This document shows, in pieces, positions 1 to 10,118 of a DNA stretch of 30,890 nucleotides. The stretch's first letter is position 1. Each line of letters starts with the position of its first letter. The notes under the pieces were generated by a model. It made no database searches. It saw nothing but the letters and a program-made list of their open reading frames with translations, and was not told the DNA's origin. The DNA lies in contig JAQVTI010000012.1 of NCBI GenBank assembly GCA_028700115.1, forward strand, positions 1 through 30,890, in the 5' to 3' direction. This DNA is from Candidatus Iainarchaeum sp. (lineage in GTDB: Archaea; Iainarchaeota; Iainarchaeia; Iainarchaeales; CSSED10-239). The position numbers and the translations under genes are program-made.

Positions 1-107
1 TTTAAAACAATAACAACCAAAGCTAAAGATATTAAAATTATTAAAACGGTTGCGATCAATGGACTTATAGATTTGGATTTTGAAAAGGGTAAAAAGTTTA
101 AAAACAT
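1..107 (-). CDS. Partial type IV pilin-like protein, truncated by the left window edge; not in the ORF track
   Basis: Reverse complement from ATG at 107 reads MFLNFLPFSKSKSISPLIATVLIILISLALVVIVL..., the same SISPLIATVL motif as the pilins at 14648-16190. Confidence 0.65.
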   Translation of the reverse strand, partial: MFLNFLPFSKSKSISPLIATVLIILISLALVVIVL

Positions 108-204
108 AAGTTATCAAAAATAATATTTAAGAAAAAGTTTAAATAAGTATGGTTTTAGGGTATTTAAAAAAAAATAAAAAAACTAAGAAAAAAGAAAAAT
201 AAAT

Positions 205-1785
205 TTAAATAAAAGCAGAAACATCTTTATCTTTAGACATTTTAAAGTCAAGATATGATTTTGAAAGAGAACTTAAAGTTACATCTAAGCAAGAATCAAT
301 AGAATTCTTTTTTCTAACTTTAAAAAATACAGGATAAGAAGAAGCTTCTCCTACAATTAAAGCTTCTCCAACTCTTAAAGAAGTAATCATATCCATAGAT
401 TTTTGATCAAGACCTTCTGAAGATTGAGCTATATGATTTAAATCATATGGATTTGTAATTCTTAAAATTATATGAGTATTTGCTTGAGATAAAACAGTAG
501 TAGATAAATGAACAGGTCTTTGTGAAATTAAACAAATACAAGCACCAAATTTTCTACCTTCCCGTGCAATTGTTTCTAAAATACCTTTTGCAAGTGCTTT
601 ATCTCTACTTGCACTTTCAGGAGCAAATTGATGTGCTTCTTCTACAACTAAAAGAAATGGAGGTACAATAACATTACTGTTTACTCTTGCATAAAAAAGT
701 TTATGTGCAAAATAATATAAAATAATTTGTTTCTTTTTTTTATTAATCTCTTTAGAAATATCTATAATAGTTAAATTATTTAAAGAAACAATATCAAAGA
801 TAGAAGGAAAATCAATTTTTCCAAAAAGTTTATAAGAATCAAGTTCATACAAAGCAGAAATTAAAATAGAAGAAATATTTTCTTTAATATCAGAAGAATT
901 TATTTCTTTAATAATATCTTTTAAATCAAAAGGCCCAGCACCATGCTTTTTATCTTCTTGAAGTTTAGAAATAATTTTAGAAAGTTCTCTTTTTTGAGCA
1001 TGAGATAAATTTGGAAGAAGAGAATAATAAAATTCAGCAGAAAGACTACTACAACCAATTTTAATATCTTTTGAATTAATTTTTTTAGTTTTAAATGAAT
1101 AATCTTTATAATTTAAATTATTAGAATTATTAGAAGAAGACAAAACTTCAGAAAAATGAGAATATTCACCATGAGTATCAAAAAGAATAGTTGCAACACC
1201 TCCTTTTTCTTCAGGTCTACTTAATAATTCTTCTAAAAGAACAGATGTAAGATAACTTTTACCAGCCCCAGATTGTGCTAAAATTGCAAGATGTTTTTGT
1301 AATAATCTATTAATATCAAATTTAACTTCTAAAGAAGGATTTTGAATATTACCTAAAAAAATCCCATCTTCTTTCAAATGTAAAAACTTTTTTAAAATAT
1401 TAATATCTGCTAAATATACTTCTTGACCAGGAGATACAGGATAAGTAGACCTTAAAAACATTCCTTCATTAAATACACCTAAAGGTTTTACAACACCTTC
1501 TAAAAATTCCCAATCACTTACAGGAAATTGATCTTTAATATCAATATTATTATTTTCAAATTCTTTTACAGAATCATTGTTTTCAAAATATCTATTTGTT
1601 TTAACAACATCAATAACTAAACCAATTAAAATTCCTTGTTTATATTTTATTTGAATATATTCTCCTTTATGTATTTCTTTATTTACACCTACAAAAGAGA
1701 TTTTTGTAGTTGAAGGAGAATCAATAGTAGAAATAACAATCCCTATTTTTGAATCTTTATTATCCAAAATATCCATTTTTAACAA
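205..1785 (-). CDS. herA: HerA-family bipolar DNA helicase/ATPase
   Basis: N-terminal beta-barrel-like region, Walker A LAILAQSGAGKSYLTSVLLEELL, LLVVEEAHQFAP Walker B, IAREGRKFGACICLISQRP. An alternative start is M4. Confidence 0.88.
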   Translation of the reverse strand: MLKMDILDNKDSKIGIVISTIDSPSTTKISFVGVNKEIHKGEYIQIKYKQGILIGLVIDVVKTNRYFENNDSVKEFENNNIDIKDQFPVSDWEFLEGVVKPLGVFNEGMFLRSTYPVSPGQEVYLADINILKKFLHLKEDGIFLGNIQNPSLEVKFDINRLLQKHLAILAQSGAGKSYLTSVLLEELLSRPEEKGGVATILFDTHGEYSHFSEVLSSSNNSNNLNYKDYSFKTKKINSKDIKIGCSSLSAEFYYSLLPNLSHAQKRELSKIISKLQEDKKHGAGPFDLKDIIKEINSSDIKENISSILISALYELDSYKLFGKIDFPSIFDIVSLNNLTIIDISKEINKKKKQIILYYFAHKLFYARVNSNVIVPPFLLVVEEAHQFAPESASRDKALAKGILETIAREGRKFGACICLISQRPVHLSTTVLSQANTHIILRITNPYDLNHIAQSSEGLDQKSMDMITSLRVGEALIVGEASSYPVFFKVRKKNSIDSCLDVTLSSLSKSYLDFKMSKDKDVSAFI

Positions 1786-1822
1786 ACCTTTTTTATTTTT
1801 AAAAAAATATATAAAAAGAAAA

Positions 1823-2620
1823 TTACCTAATATAATTAGAAGGTGTATCTTCTTTTTTTTCTAAAAGTTTAATATTTTTTGTAATCTCATTAAATGATTC
1901 TTCAATTTTTTTTGAATTTTTATCAATTTTTTTAAGATCTAATTTAAATTTAAATAATTTAGAAATAATTTCTAAAAGTTCCTTAGCAGAACCGTGATCT
2001 CCAAAAGTTAATTTCCCATTAGTTTCACCCATAAAACAAACAGAACTAATTTTATATTGTGTATATGCAATTCCAGGTAAAAGCCCAGCAACACCTGAAA
2101 TTAATGTATCTTTATTATCTTTTTCAAAAAATAAATTTTTTATATTTTTTTTAATAAGTAAATTTTTAGTATTTTCATCACTACAAACAGCTAAAACTTT
2201 TGGTTTATTTTTAATTCTTTTATCTCCTACATTTAAACCTGCAAAAGTATAAATTTCCTTAACTCCTTGCTTTTTAAAAAAATCTGCAAGCTTTTGAGAA
2301 AATTCGTAATGATCAGAAGAATTTAAAATATTCCCTAAAGCAGGCTGAACAGGTCCTACTAAAAAAAGATAATCTTGTGTTTTTGTAGAATAAATATATA
2401 TTTCATCATGAATAAGTTCAAAAATAGAATTTTTAGTATGAATTGCTTGAGGAAATTTATCAGAATAAATATTTGCAAAAAGTTTTGGTTTTGGAGAAAG
2501 TTCTTTAGATAAATAATCTACACTTATTTTCCCAACAAGACCAATTCCAGGAAGCCCAACAAAAACTATTGGTTTTTTTAATTTTTTAGGTTTTAATATA
2601 AGATCTATATTTGTTGCCAT
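1823..2620 (-). CDS. PAC2-family proteasome assembly chaperone-like protein
   Basis: PIVFVGLPGIGLVGKISVDYLSKEL start, GVAGLLPGIAY and MGETNG motifs; sits next to aIF2-alpha as in many archaea. Confidence 0.82.
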   Translation of the reverse strand: MATNIDLILKPKKLKKPIVFVGLPGIGLVGKISVDYLSKELSPKPKLFANIYSDKFPQAIHTKNSIFELIHDEIYIYSTKTQDYLFLVGPVQPALGNILNSSDHYEFSQKLADFFKKQGVKEIYTFAGLNVGDKRIKNKPKVLAVCSDENTKNLLIKKNIKNLFFEKDNKDTLISGVAGLLPGIAYTQYKISSVCFMGETNGKLTFGDHGSAKELLEIISKLFKFKLDLKKIDKNSKKIEESFNEITKNIKLLEKKEDTPSNYIR

Positions 2621-2677
2621 AAAAACACCTTTTTTAAAATAATTTTATTAAATGTTAAAAAATAATTTATATAAAAA

Positions 2678-3445
2678 TTATTTTTTAGTATCATCTTTTT
2701 TAATAATTTCTAAATTTGAAGAATTTTTAAACTCTTTAGATAAATCTTTTGAAATATTTTCAAAGCTTTTTGCAGCAAGTTTAAAGTCTTTACCAATAAC
2801 TTTTAAATCATATACCCCAGGTCCAGAATAATAAATTTGTGCATTTGGATATTGTTTTAAAATTTTTTGAAAAACTTTTTTTATAATTTCAATTCCTTCT
2901 TCTTTTAAACAATGCACTTTAATTATCCCATAAATAAATTTATTTTTAATAGTAATATTTTTAGAAAGTTCATCAAATAAAATTTGATGATATTTTTTAT
3001 CAATATTATATGTTTCAAAACCATATCTTAAAATATTAATAAAACCCTTATAAAGTTCATCATCTTTTTCTAAAATAGGCTCAGCAATATCTTCCCAAGC
3101 CTTCTCATTTGAAATATTTAAATTTTGTGCAATAATTCCAAGTAAACTTTGAGCTCTTAAAGCAAGTCTATATTCTGAAATTTTTCTCTTTTCATCTTGA
3201 CTTGTAACCCTACTTAAAGATAAATCTATATGGTTTTTTTCAAAATCAATCTTTAAAACTTTTGCAGCTCTCATTTGATTTGGTTTTACATGATTGTGTA
3301 TATTTTTAATCCATGTTGAAGAAACTTGAGAAATATGAACAAATCCTTCACAACCGTCATATTCTAATAAATCAATAAATACCCCAAAATCAGTAATTTT
3401 TGTAACCTTTCCTATAATAATTTCATTAATTTCTGGATAATTCAT
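2678..3445 (-). CDS. Translation initiation factor aIF2 subunit alpha (S1 domain)
   Basis: GKVTKITDFGVFIDLLEYDGCEGFVHISQVSSTWIKNI...KVLKIDFEKNHIDLSLSRV plus aIF2-alpha C-terminal domain features. Confidence 0.92.
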   Translation of the reverse strand: MNYPEINEIIIGKVTKITDFGVFIDLLEYDGCEGFVHISQVSSTWIKNIHNHVKPNQMRAAKVLKIDFEKNHIDLSLSRVTSQDEKRKISEYRLALRAQSLLGIIAQNLNISNEKAWEDIAEPILEKDDELYKGFINILRYGFETYNIDKKYHQILFDELSKNITIKNKFIYGIIKVHCLKEEGIEIIKKVFQKILKQYPNAQIYYSGPGVYDLKVIGKDFKLAAKSFENISKDLSKEFKNSSNLEIIKKDDTKK

Positions 3446-3487
3446 ATATACACCTTTTTTAATTTACATAATTTAATTTTATAAAAA

Positions 3488-4051
3488 TTAATCAATAACC
3501 TCAATAATATTTTTAGACTCTAAAAGTTTACAGACATCTTCAGGAAGTTCACAAATTTGATCCTTTTCATAAGGTCCATATTCTTTTAAATCTCCACCAA
3601 TAAAAGCAGGGATTTCTTGTAAAAATTTAACTTTTAATAAATCTTTTACATTCTTAATATCTGCTTTTTTAATACCCATTATTGATTGAGTTTGATCATT
3701 TTGTTTATCTATTAATTTAATAATACCTTTTGCAAAATCTAATTCAAAATCAATAAGCCCATCTTCAGAAAAATCATTAGTTCTACTATACATTAAGCAA
3801 AGATTCAAACATTTTTTTAATCTAATTTCTCTTATTTTTTCAACCATTTGTTTAATAGTTTCTAATCTTTTAATATTTCTTGCAGAAAAAGAATCTTTCA
3901 TTTCTTGAGCATATTTTTTTCTTTCATCTATTAAAAATCTTTTTAACTCTTTATAAAAATCAGGATCTAATTTAGACAATAAAGGAGATTTAGTTTCTAA
4001 TCTATATACTTTTCTAAGTTCATCAATATCTAAAATATAATTTTCACTCAA
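3488..4051 (-). CDS. GINS complex subunit (archaeal Gins51/Sld5-like)
   Basis: 187 aa with helical A-domain (REIRLKKCLNLCLMYSR) and a short C-terminal beta domain (IPAFIGGDLKEYGPYEKDQICELPEDVCKLLESKNIIEVI); overlaps the priS start, a conserved archaeal arrangement. Confidence 0.78.
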   Translation of the reverse strand: MSENYILDIDELRKVYRLETKSPLLSKLDPDFYKELKRFLIDERKKYAQEMKDSFSARNIKRLETIKQMVEKIREIRLKKCLNLCLMYSRTNDFSEDGLIDFELDFAKGIIKLIDKQNDQTQSIMGIKKADIKNVKDLLKVKFLQEIPAFIGGDLKEYGPYEKDQICELPEDVCKLLESKNIIEVID

Positions 4052-5288
4052 AGTTAGCCACTCCCTTTAAAATTAAAAAAATTGCAACATATTCTTTTAC
4101 TTCAATTATTTGATTTTTTTCAAAAGGTCCATAAAATTGATCTTTCAATCTAAATTTAGGGGTTATATGATTTAATTTAATTTTTTTAAAACTATCACCT
4201 AAAATAATAGGATCTGAAAATGCATCAAAATTTTTTAAATCATCTACAGATTTTATATAACTTGATAAAAACCCAGAACCACCATGAATAGTATCTGGAA
4301 CTCTCATTATTTTATAAATATCTGAAGAAGATTGGGGATCAATTTTTAATCTTATACACATTACACAAAAATTAATAACATCTTTCCAAAAAATATTTGC
4401 ATCAGTAAAATCATTCCAAAGTATATTATTATGATACAACTTCTTTAAAATAACTTCTTTATTTTTAAAAATAATATTTGCTTTCCTTTTACTTATATTA
4501 AAATTTTTAGAAAATAAATCAACATCATAAAAACTTATAATTTCTACTAATTTTTCTAAAATCTTTTTACTCCATCCATTAGAATCTATTTTTGGGGTTT
4601 TAAAAGTTTTATTTTCTAAAACAAAACCAAGTTTTTCTATATTAAGATCATTTCCTAAAATATAATTCATAAGTTCTAATCTAGAAGACTTTGAAAGAGA
4701 AATAATTGATTTATCAGTAATTCTTAAATGATATCCTTTAGAACCAGAAAAACTAATTATAAAAGTAGAAGAATCTAAATTAAAATCATTTTCTAAAAAT
4801 TCAATTAATCTAATAGTTTCTTCTTTAGCTTTATTTAAACAAACATCACAAGTCCATTGAATAATTTTAGTTTGAAAATTACAATATGGACATCTTTCTA
4901 AATTCCCAAAACCTTCTTTTTGACAAGAAGGATTTTGACAAACCCAGACATTATGTTTATCATGGCATGGCAAATCAAAATCATCTGAATCAAATTCATA
5001 AACAATATCTGCTCCATACCATTGTTTATTTTCCATTGGTCTTCTATCTGGAAATTTATAATAACCAACAGAATATGATACAAAAAAAGGAGTTTTTATA
5101 ACTAAATATTTATTAAAATCATCTAGATTTTTAAAAAACAGATGCCTAGAACTAATTTTTTTACCAAAATCCCCTATACCAAATTCTCTTTTAGAAACAT
5201 CTATAATTTTAGAAACATAGTTTTGCATGTAAAAATCTTTAAATTTCTGTCTAATATAATTTATTGTAAAAAAAGAATTTTTAGGCAT
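4044..5288 (-). CDS. priS: DNA primase small (catalytic) subunit PriS
   Basis: YEFDSDDFDLPCHDKHNVWVCQNPSC...CPYC and SFSGSKGYHLRI motifs; C-terminal IMRVPDTIHGGSGFLS. Confidence 0.93.
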   Translation of the reverse strand: MPKNSFFTINYIRQKFKDFYMQNYVSKIIDVSKREFGIGDFGKKISSRHLFFKNLDDFNKYLVIKTPFFVSYSVGYYKFPDRRPMENKQWYGADIVYEFDSDDFDLPCHDKHNVWVCQNPSCQKEGFGNLERCPYCNFQTKIIQWTCDVCLNKAKEETIRLIEFLENDFNLDSSTFIISFSGSKGYHLRITDKSIISLSKSSRLELMNYILGNDLNIEKLGFVLENKTFKTPKIDSNGWSKKILEKLVEIISFYDVDLFSKNFNISKRKANIIFKNKEVILKKLYHNNILWNDFTDANIFWKDVINFCVMCIRLKIDPQSSSDIYKIMRVPDTIHGGSGFLSSYIKSVDDLKNFDAFSDPIILGDSFKKIKLNHITPKFRLKDQFYGPFEKNQIIEVKEYVAIFLILKGVANFE

Positions 5289-5327
5289 AATATATATTAT
5301 ATAAGAAAGAAATAAAAATATAGTTTT

Positions 5328-5657
5328 TTAATATAAAACCATAAATTTACAAGAATAACCTAAAGTTAAAAAACTTTGACCCCAAGCAGTTGCTGTAGCT
5401 TGACAATTTACAGTAGAAATATTTGTATTTTTAAAAATATAAATAAGAATAACAACATTTGAAACACCCCATTGATTAATATTAGGAAATGCTGTAATAT
5501 TATTATTTTCAAAAAACACATAAAAAGAAATAATTCCTGCAATTAAAACTACATAAACTAAAACAATTAAAACAGTTATAATTAACAGAAAAATTACTTT
5601 TTTATTAAAAATATATTTTAAATTTCTAAAAAAATATAAACAAAGTAAAAAAATAAA
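5328..5657 (-). pseudogene. Possible decayed type IV pilin-like ORF lacking a canonical start (the ORF track lists only the GTG-started 3' part, 5328..5519)
   Basis: In-frame upstream extension reads ...FFRNLKYIFNKKVIFLLIITVLIVLVYVVLIAGIISFYVFFENNNITAF...NCQATATAWGQSFLTLGYSCKFMVLY. It resembles KKGISPLIATVLLIVVAVALV but the SPL motif is lost and no ATG was found. Confidence 0.4.
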
Positions 5658-5672
5658 TTTATAAAAATAAAT

Positions 5673-7964
5673 TTATTTAATAATTGAAACACCATCAACT
5701 TCTTTATTTCTCTCAATAACTATTTTATTTGCATTAAGTGTATTTAATAATTCAGAATCATGAGTTATTATAAAAATTTGATCTACAAGATTAGGAAGTT
5801 GCTTTTCTAAGGTTTTTGAAAGAAGTAATACACTTTCTTTATCTAAATTATGAGTTGGTTCATCAAGAATAATTAAACCTAAACTTTCTGTTAAAACTAA
5901 AGAAATTGCAATTCTTATAGCAAGAGATGCACAACTTCGTTCACCACCACTTAATAATCCTTCTACTCTAATCCAATCATTTTTTAAAGTTTTAACTTCT
6001 AAAATATAATCATTTTCAGATCTAAGTCTTGCAGAAATAAAATCTTTATAAGCGTATATTTTTGGCCAAATAATATTTAATACACTATTAATATTATCTA
6101 TTAATACTTTTCTTAATTGAAATTGACTATTTTCTAAAGACTTTAAAAAATGAGAAATATCTTGTAACTTTAATTCTAGTTCATATTTTTGGTCAAAAGA
6201 TTGTTTTTGTTTAAATATTAAAGAATCATAAATATTTTTTTCTTTAGTTATTGACGATAATAGATCTTTATAAAGATTAATTTGTTTAACATTTTCTTTA
6301 AATATTAAATCTTGTGACATAATTTTAGAATTTAAAGAAATATATTCATTTTCATCAAAACAATTTTTAGAAAAAAGTAAATTTATATTTTCAAGATCTT
6401 TTTTAAACTTTTCAAAATTATTTAAATCTTTTAAATAATCTTCAAAGGATATTTTTAAAGAAATTAAAGAATCTATTTCTTTTTCAAAAACAGATAAATC
6501 TTTAATTTCAGGAATATCTTTTAAAAGTTTTAAAGAAGAATCTAAATTATTTTTTAAATTATTCAAAGAAATTTCATAAGAAGAAATATTTTTTAATAAA
6601 ATTTCATTTTGCTCAATTTTTTTTAAATAAGACAAATTTAAATTTAAATTATTAGTTATTTCATCGATTTGTTTTTGAATATTAATTAAATTATCATTTA
6701 AAAAAACTAAAGACTTATCTTTTTCAATAATCATAGAATTAATTTGCTCAGAACTAATTTTAGAATCACATACAGGACATTTTGAAAAACCTTTTTTTAA
6801 TTCTAAAATAGATTTTTCTAAAATATTAATTTCATTTAAATAATTATATTTTTTTTCTTTTAAAAATAACAACTTTTTTTCAAAAGAATCCACAATATCT
6901 TTAAAATAAAAAATATCTTTATCAATTTTAAAAAGATTATCTTTTTCAATAGATATTTTTTTTAAAAAAATAGAAATTTCTTTTTCATAAAAAGAAACTT
7001 TATTTTCAAGATCTTTTCTTTTTAAGAAAATAGAATTATTTTTATTTTTTTCTAATAAAAGCTGTTCTTTTTTATTAAAAAGAGATTTATCTAAATCATT
7101 AATTTTATTTTTAACATCAAAAACATTTTTAGAAAAATTAAAAGAATTAATTTTATTTTCATAAGAAGAAATATTTTCTTTTAAAACATTTATTTTTAAT
7201 TTTAAAAAATCATATTCTTTTTTTAGAACTATTAAAAATTTTAATTTATCTTTTAAAATATTATTTTCTTCTAAAATTAAATCTTTATTTTTTTCAAGAA
7301 AATCAATTTTATCAAAATATTTTTTCATTTTTTCTGTGATTAATAAAATATCATAATTTTTTATTTGATCACTATATTGATTATATAATAAATATAATTT
7401 ATCAACTTCTGTTTTTAAAAAATTATTAAGTTTTCTTATAAGTTCTTTCATATCTTCAAAATGAGAAATCCCAAACAAATCATCAAAAGTTTCTTTTCTT
7501 TTTGAAGGAGGAATTTTTAAAAAATAGTCAATTTCATTTTGTTCAGAATACACTATTTTTGAAAAAAAGCTATAATCAATTTTTAAAATTTCAAAAATTT
7601 TACTATTTACATCAGACTGTTTTGGTCCTGCAATTAATTTATTATCTGCATATAATTTTGCAATAGATGGTTTTGAAGATAAATAAATTTCTCTATGAAC
7701 AGAATAATTAATATTATTTATTTCAAATTCTAAAATAATTTTTGAAAAATCTTTTAAATTTGGTTTAAACATAATGTTTTCTACTAAAGAAAGTCTTCTG
7801 TTATTTAAAGAAGGAAATAAACCATATAATGCAAAACAAATTGCATCAGAAATACTAGATTTACCACTACCAATTGATCCAAGAATAATATTTGATCCTT
7901 TTTGAAAGAATATTTTTGAATCTAAATGTGTTTTCCAATTTTCTAAATAAATAGATTTAATCAT
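5673..7964 (-). CDS. rad50: Rad50-like DNA repair ATPase (SMC-type, zinc hook)
   Basis: MIKSIYLENWKTHLDSKIFFQKGSNIILGSIGSGKSSISDAICFALYG, long coiled coil with CPVC zinc hook, C-terminal LLSGGERSCASLAIRIAISLVL...LIILDEPTHNLD. The start is adjusted to M18 of the listed ORF (7964). Confidence 0.92.
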   Translation of the reverse strand: MIKSIYLENWKTHLDSKIFFQKGSNIILGSIGSGKSSISDAICFALYGLFPSLNNRRLSLVENIMFKPNLKDFSKIILEFEINNINYSVHREIYLSSKPSIAKLYADNKLIAGPKQSDVNSKIFEILKIDYSFFSKIVYSEQNEIDYFLKIPPSKRKETFDDLFGISHFEDMKELIRKLNNFLKTEVDKLYLLYNQYSDQIKNYDILLITEKMKKYFDKIDFLEKNKDLILEENNILKDKLKFLIVLKKEYDFLKLKINVLKENISSYENKINSFNFSKNVFDVKNKINDLDKSLFNKKEQLLLEKNKNNSIFLKRKDLENKVSFYEKEISIFLKKISIEKDNLFKIDKDIFYFKDIVDSFEKKLLFLKEKKYNYLNEINILEKSILELKKGFSKCPVCDSKISSEQINSMIIEKDKSLVFLNDNLINIQKQIDEITNNLNLNLSYLKKIEQNEILLKNISSYEISLNNLKNNLDSSLKLLKDIPEIKDLSVFEKEIDSLISLKISFEDYLKDLNNFEKFKKDLENINLLFSKNCFDENEYISLNSKIMSQDLIFKENVKQINLYKDLLSSITKEKNIYDSLIFKQKQSFDQKYELELKLQDISHFLKSLENSQFQLRKVLIDNINSVLNIIWPKIYAYKDFISARLRSENDYILEVKTLKNDWIRVEGLLSGGERSCASLAIRIAISLVLTESLGLIILDEPTHNLDKESVLLLSKTLEKQLPNLVDQIFIITHDSELLNTLNANKIVIERNKEVDGVSIIK

Positions 7965-8084
7965 TAATAAATATAATATAAAAAAAGAATATAAAAGTAA
8001 CTGATAAATAAACAAAAATAAAATATACCTTAAAAAACAAAAATAAGTAAATTTAAAAATGATATCTATCTTAAAATATATTAT

Positions 8085-8285
8085 ATGAAATTAAAAGAAA
8101 AACTAAAAAACTTTCTAAAAGAAGAAAAAGCACAACTTTCTGCAGAAATGATTATTTTAATTGCAGCAATTGTTGCAATAATTTTATTAGTTGTTACACA
8201 ATTACAAAAAACTACAAAAAAAGCAAATGAAGCAGTAGATAAAACAACAGATGATGTTTTTAAAAAAATTGAAGAAATCAACTAA
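8085..8285 (+). CDS. Small class III signal peptide protein (archaeal pilin-like)
   Basis: MKLKEKLKNFLKEEKAQLSAEMIILIAAIVAIILLVV: AQxSxE followed by a hydrophobic stretch. Confidence 0.75.
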   Translation: MKLKEKLKNFLKEEKAQLSAEMIILIAAIVAIILLVVTQLQKTTKKANEAVDKTTDDVFKKIEEIN

Positions 8286-8313
8286 TAAATTAAAAAATTA
8301 GAAAGTTAATAAA

Positions 8314-8718
8314 ATGATATCCCAAAAAGCACAAATATCACTAGAATATATTCTAATAGCTCTTACAATTTTGTCAGTTTTAAGTATGCTTTCATATCAA
8401 ATTATTACTATTTATAATAAAAATATAGAAACAATAGATAATAAAAAACTAAAAAATCTATACACACAATTACAAGAAAATTTAGATTTTTCTGAAAATA
8501 TGCCTGAATATTATAAAAGTATAACAATTGATACAGAAAAAGAATGGGAAATATATAAATCTGGAAAAGAAATAATTATAATTAACAAATTTAAAAAATA
8601 TTCAATAAATACAAATCAAGATATAAAAATAATTAAAACAAAAATGTTTGATAAAAATAAAATAATCATAAAAAAAACAAATGATATTATTACAATTACT
8701 TTTGAGGATAAAAAATGA
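8314..8718 (+). CDS. Class III signal peptide protein (pilin-like)
   Basis: MISQKAQISLEYILIALTILSVLSML. Confidence 0.7.
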   Translation: MISQKAQISLEYILIALTILSVLSMLSYQIITIYNKNIETIDNKKLKNLYTQLQENLDFSENMPEYYKSITIDTEKEWEIYKSGKEIIIINKFKKYSINTNQDIKIIKTKMFDKNKIIIKKTNDIITITFEDKK

Positions 8719-9227
8719 ATCTTGAAAAAACACTAAATATTTTGCTTTTTCCAGGAATAACTATACATGAATTAGCACATATTACAGCATGTATACTTTT
8801 AGGGGTTAAAATAAAAAAAACAAAAATATTTGGAATAAATGGAGGTTATGTAGTTTATAATAAAACAAATACTTTTAAAAGTATAATAATTTCATTTTTT
8901 CCATTTATATTCAATATACTTATTTCAATTGCTTGTGTATTTTTAATAAAACAAAATTATTTAACAATATTTAAGATTATATTTATATGGATAGGGGTAT
9001 CTGCATTATATTCATCAGTACCAAGTATACAAGACTCTAAAATAGTTTTTGAAGCTATAAAAAATAGTTATTCTGGGAATGGGATGTTAAAATGGATAAT
9101 AAACCTATTGTTTTTACCATTAACAATAATTGTACTAATATTAGCATTTATTTTTAAAAACTTAGACCAATCTTTCATTTTTAGAATAATTTTAATATGT
9201 GGATGGATTATAATTTATTTTTTATAA
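8715..9227 (+). CDS. Membrane metalloprotease-like protein with HExxH motif
   Basis: ITIHELAHITACILLG in a multi-TM 170 aa protein; 4-nt overlap with the upstream pilin-like gene. Confidence 0.55.
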   Translation: MNLEKTLNILLFPGITIHELAHITACILLGVKIKKTKIFGINGGYVVYNKTNTFKSIIISFFPFIFNILISIACVFLIKQNYLTIFKIIFIWIGVSALYSSVPSIQDSKIVFEAIKNSYSGNGMLKWIINLLFLPLTIIVLILAFIFKNLDQSFIFRIILICGWIIIYFL

Positions 9228-9310
9228 CTTTATAAAAAGAAGCTTTTTAATAAAAAATATTATTTATAATTGTTTCTATATATTATATATTATAATTAAG
9301 GGGGAATTTT

Positions 9311-10063
9311 ATGATTAAATTAGTAATAAAAGATATAAAAGAATTTCATAAAAGTATTGATGCAATTGGAGTATTAATTAATGAAGGACTTTTTACTATA
9401 GATAATGAAAAAATGTTTTTAAGAGCTACAGACCCAAGTCAAATAAGCTTAGTAGATTTTGTAATGCCAAAAGATTCTTTTGAAGAATATGTAGTTGATT
9501 TAAATCAAGATATAGATAAAGTAACATTTGGAATAAATGTGAATAATCTATTACAAATATTATCACATTCAAATATAGATGAAAAATTAGTTTTAGAAAT
9601 AAAAGAAGACAAATCAACTCTTCAAATAGAACTAATTGGAAAATCAAAAAGAACATTTAGTATACCATTAATAGATGTATCAGAACAAGAACAACCACTT
9701 CCAAAAGTTCAATTTGATGTAGATGTTCAAATTCCTTCTGAAGAACTTATGGGTGGTATAAAAGATGCAAATCTTTTTAGTTCACATATTATTTTTAGAA
9801 TAGAAGATAATAAATTATTTTTAGAAACACAAAGTAGCAAAGGAAAATTTAAACAAGAAATAGAATCTGATTCAAAAAACATAATTATTTCTGGAAATAA
9901 AGCAAAGGCTATGTATCCATTAGACTATCTTCAAAATATGATTAAAAATGCAAAAACAGTTATAACTTTAAAATTAAAAGATGATATGCCTTTAGAATTA
10001 AGTTACACTATAGGAAATGCAGCAATAAGATATTTCTTAGCACCAAGAGTAGATTCAGAATAA
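9311..10063 (+). CDS. pcn: DNA polymerase sliding clamp (PCNA)
   Basis: Full-length clamp: FLRATDPSQISLVDFVMPKDSFEEY, LIDVSEQEQPLPKVQFDV, MPLELSYTIGNAAIRYFLAPRVDSE; strong GGGGG ribosome-binding sequence upstream. Confidence 0.93.
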   Translation: MIKLVIKDIKEFHKSIDAIGVLINEGLFTIDNEKMFLRATDPSQISLVDFVMPKDSFEEYVVDLNQDIDKVTFGINVNNLLQILSHSNIDEKLVLEIKEDKSTLQIELIGKSKRTFSIPLIDVSEQEQPLPKVQFDVDVQIPSEELMGGIKDANLFSSHIIFRIEDNKLFLETQSSKGKFKQEIESDSKNIIISGNKAKAMYPLDYLQNMIKNAKTVITLKLKDDMPLELSYTIGNAAIRYFLAPRVDSE

Positions 10064-10118
10064 ATTATTAATTTTTTAAAAAACCCCTTTTTTTCTTTTT
10101 TTATATTATATATTATTT

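Noticed and set aside
4886-5101. Overlapping short ORFs in both strands inside priS (71 aa +, 61 aa -)
   Set aside because: They are embedded in the clearly coding PriS frame, show no domain and have atypical composition.
8081-8281. 66 aa minus-strand ORF opposite the class III signal protein
   Set aside because: Antisense to the plus-strand MKLKEKLKNFLKEEKAQLSAEM... gene, which has a clear signal motif.
10064-10118. T-rich tract (CCCCTTTTTTCTTTTTTTATATTATATATTATTTTT) between pcn and orc1
   Set aside because: Ordinary bidirectional or U-tract termination region between convergent genes; no further structure worth a finding.
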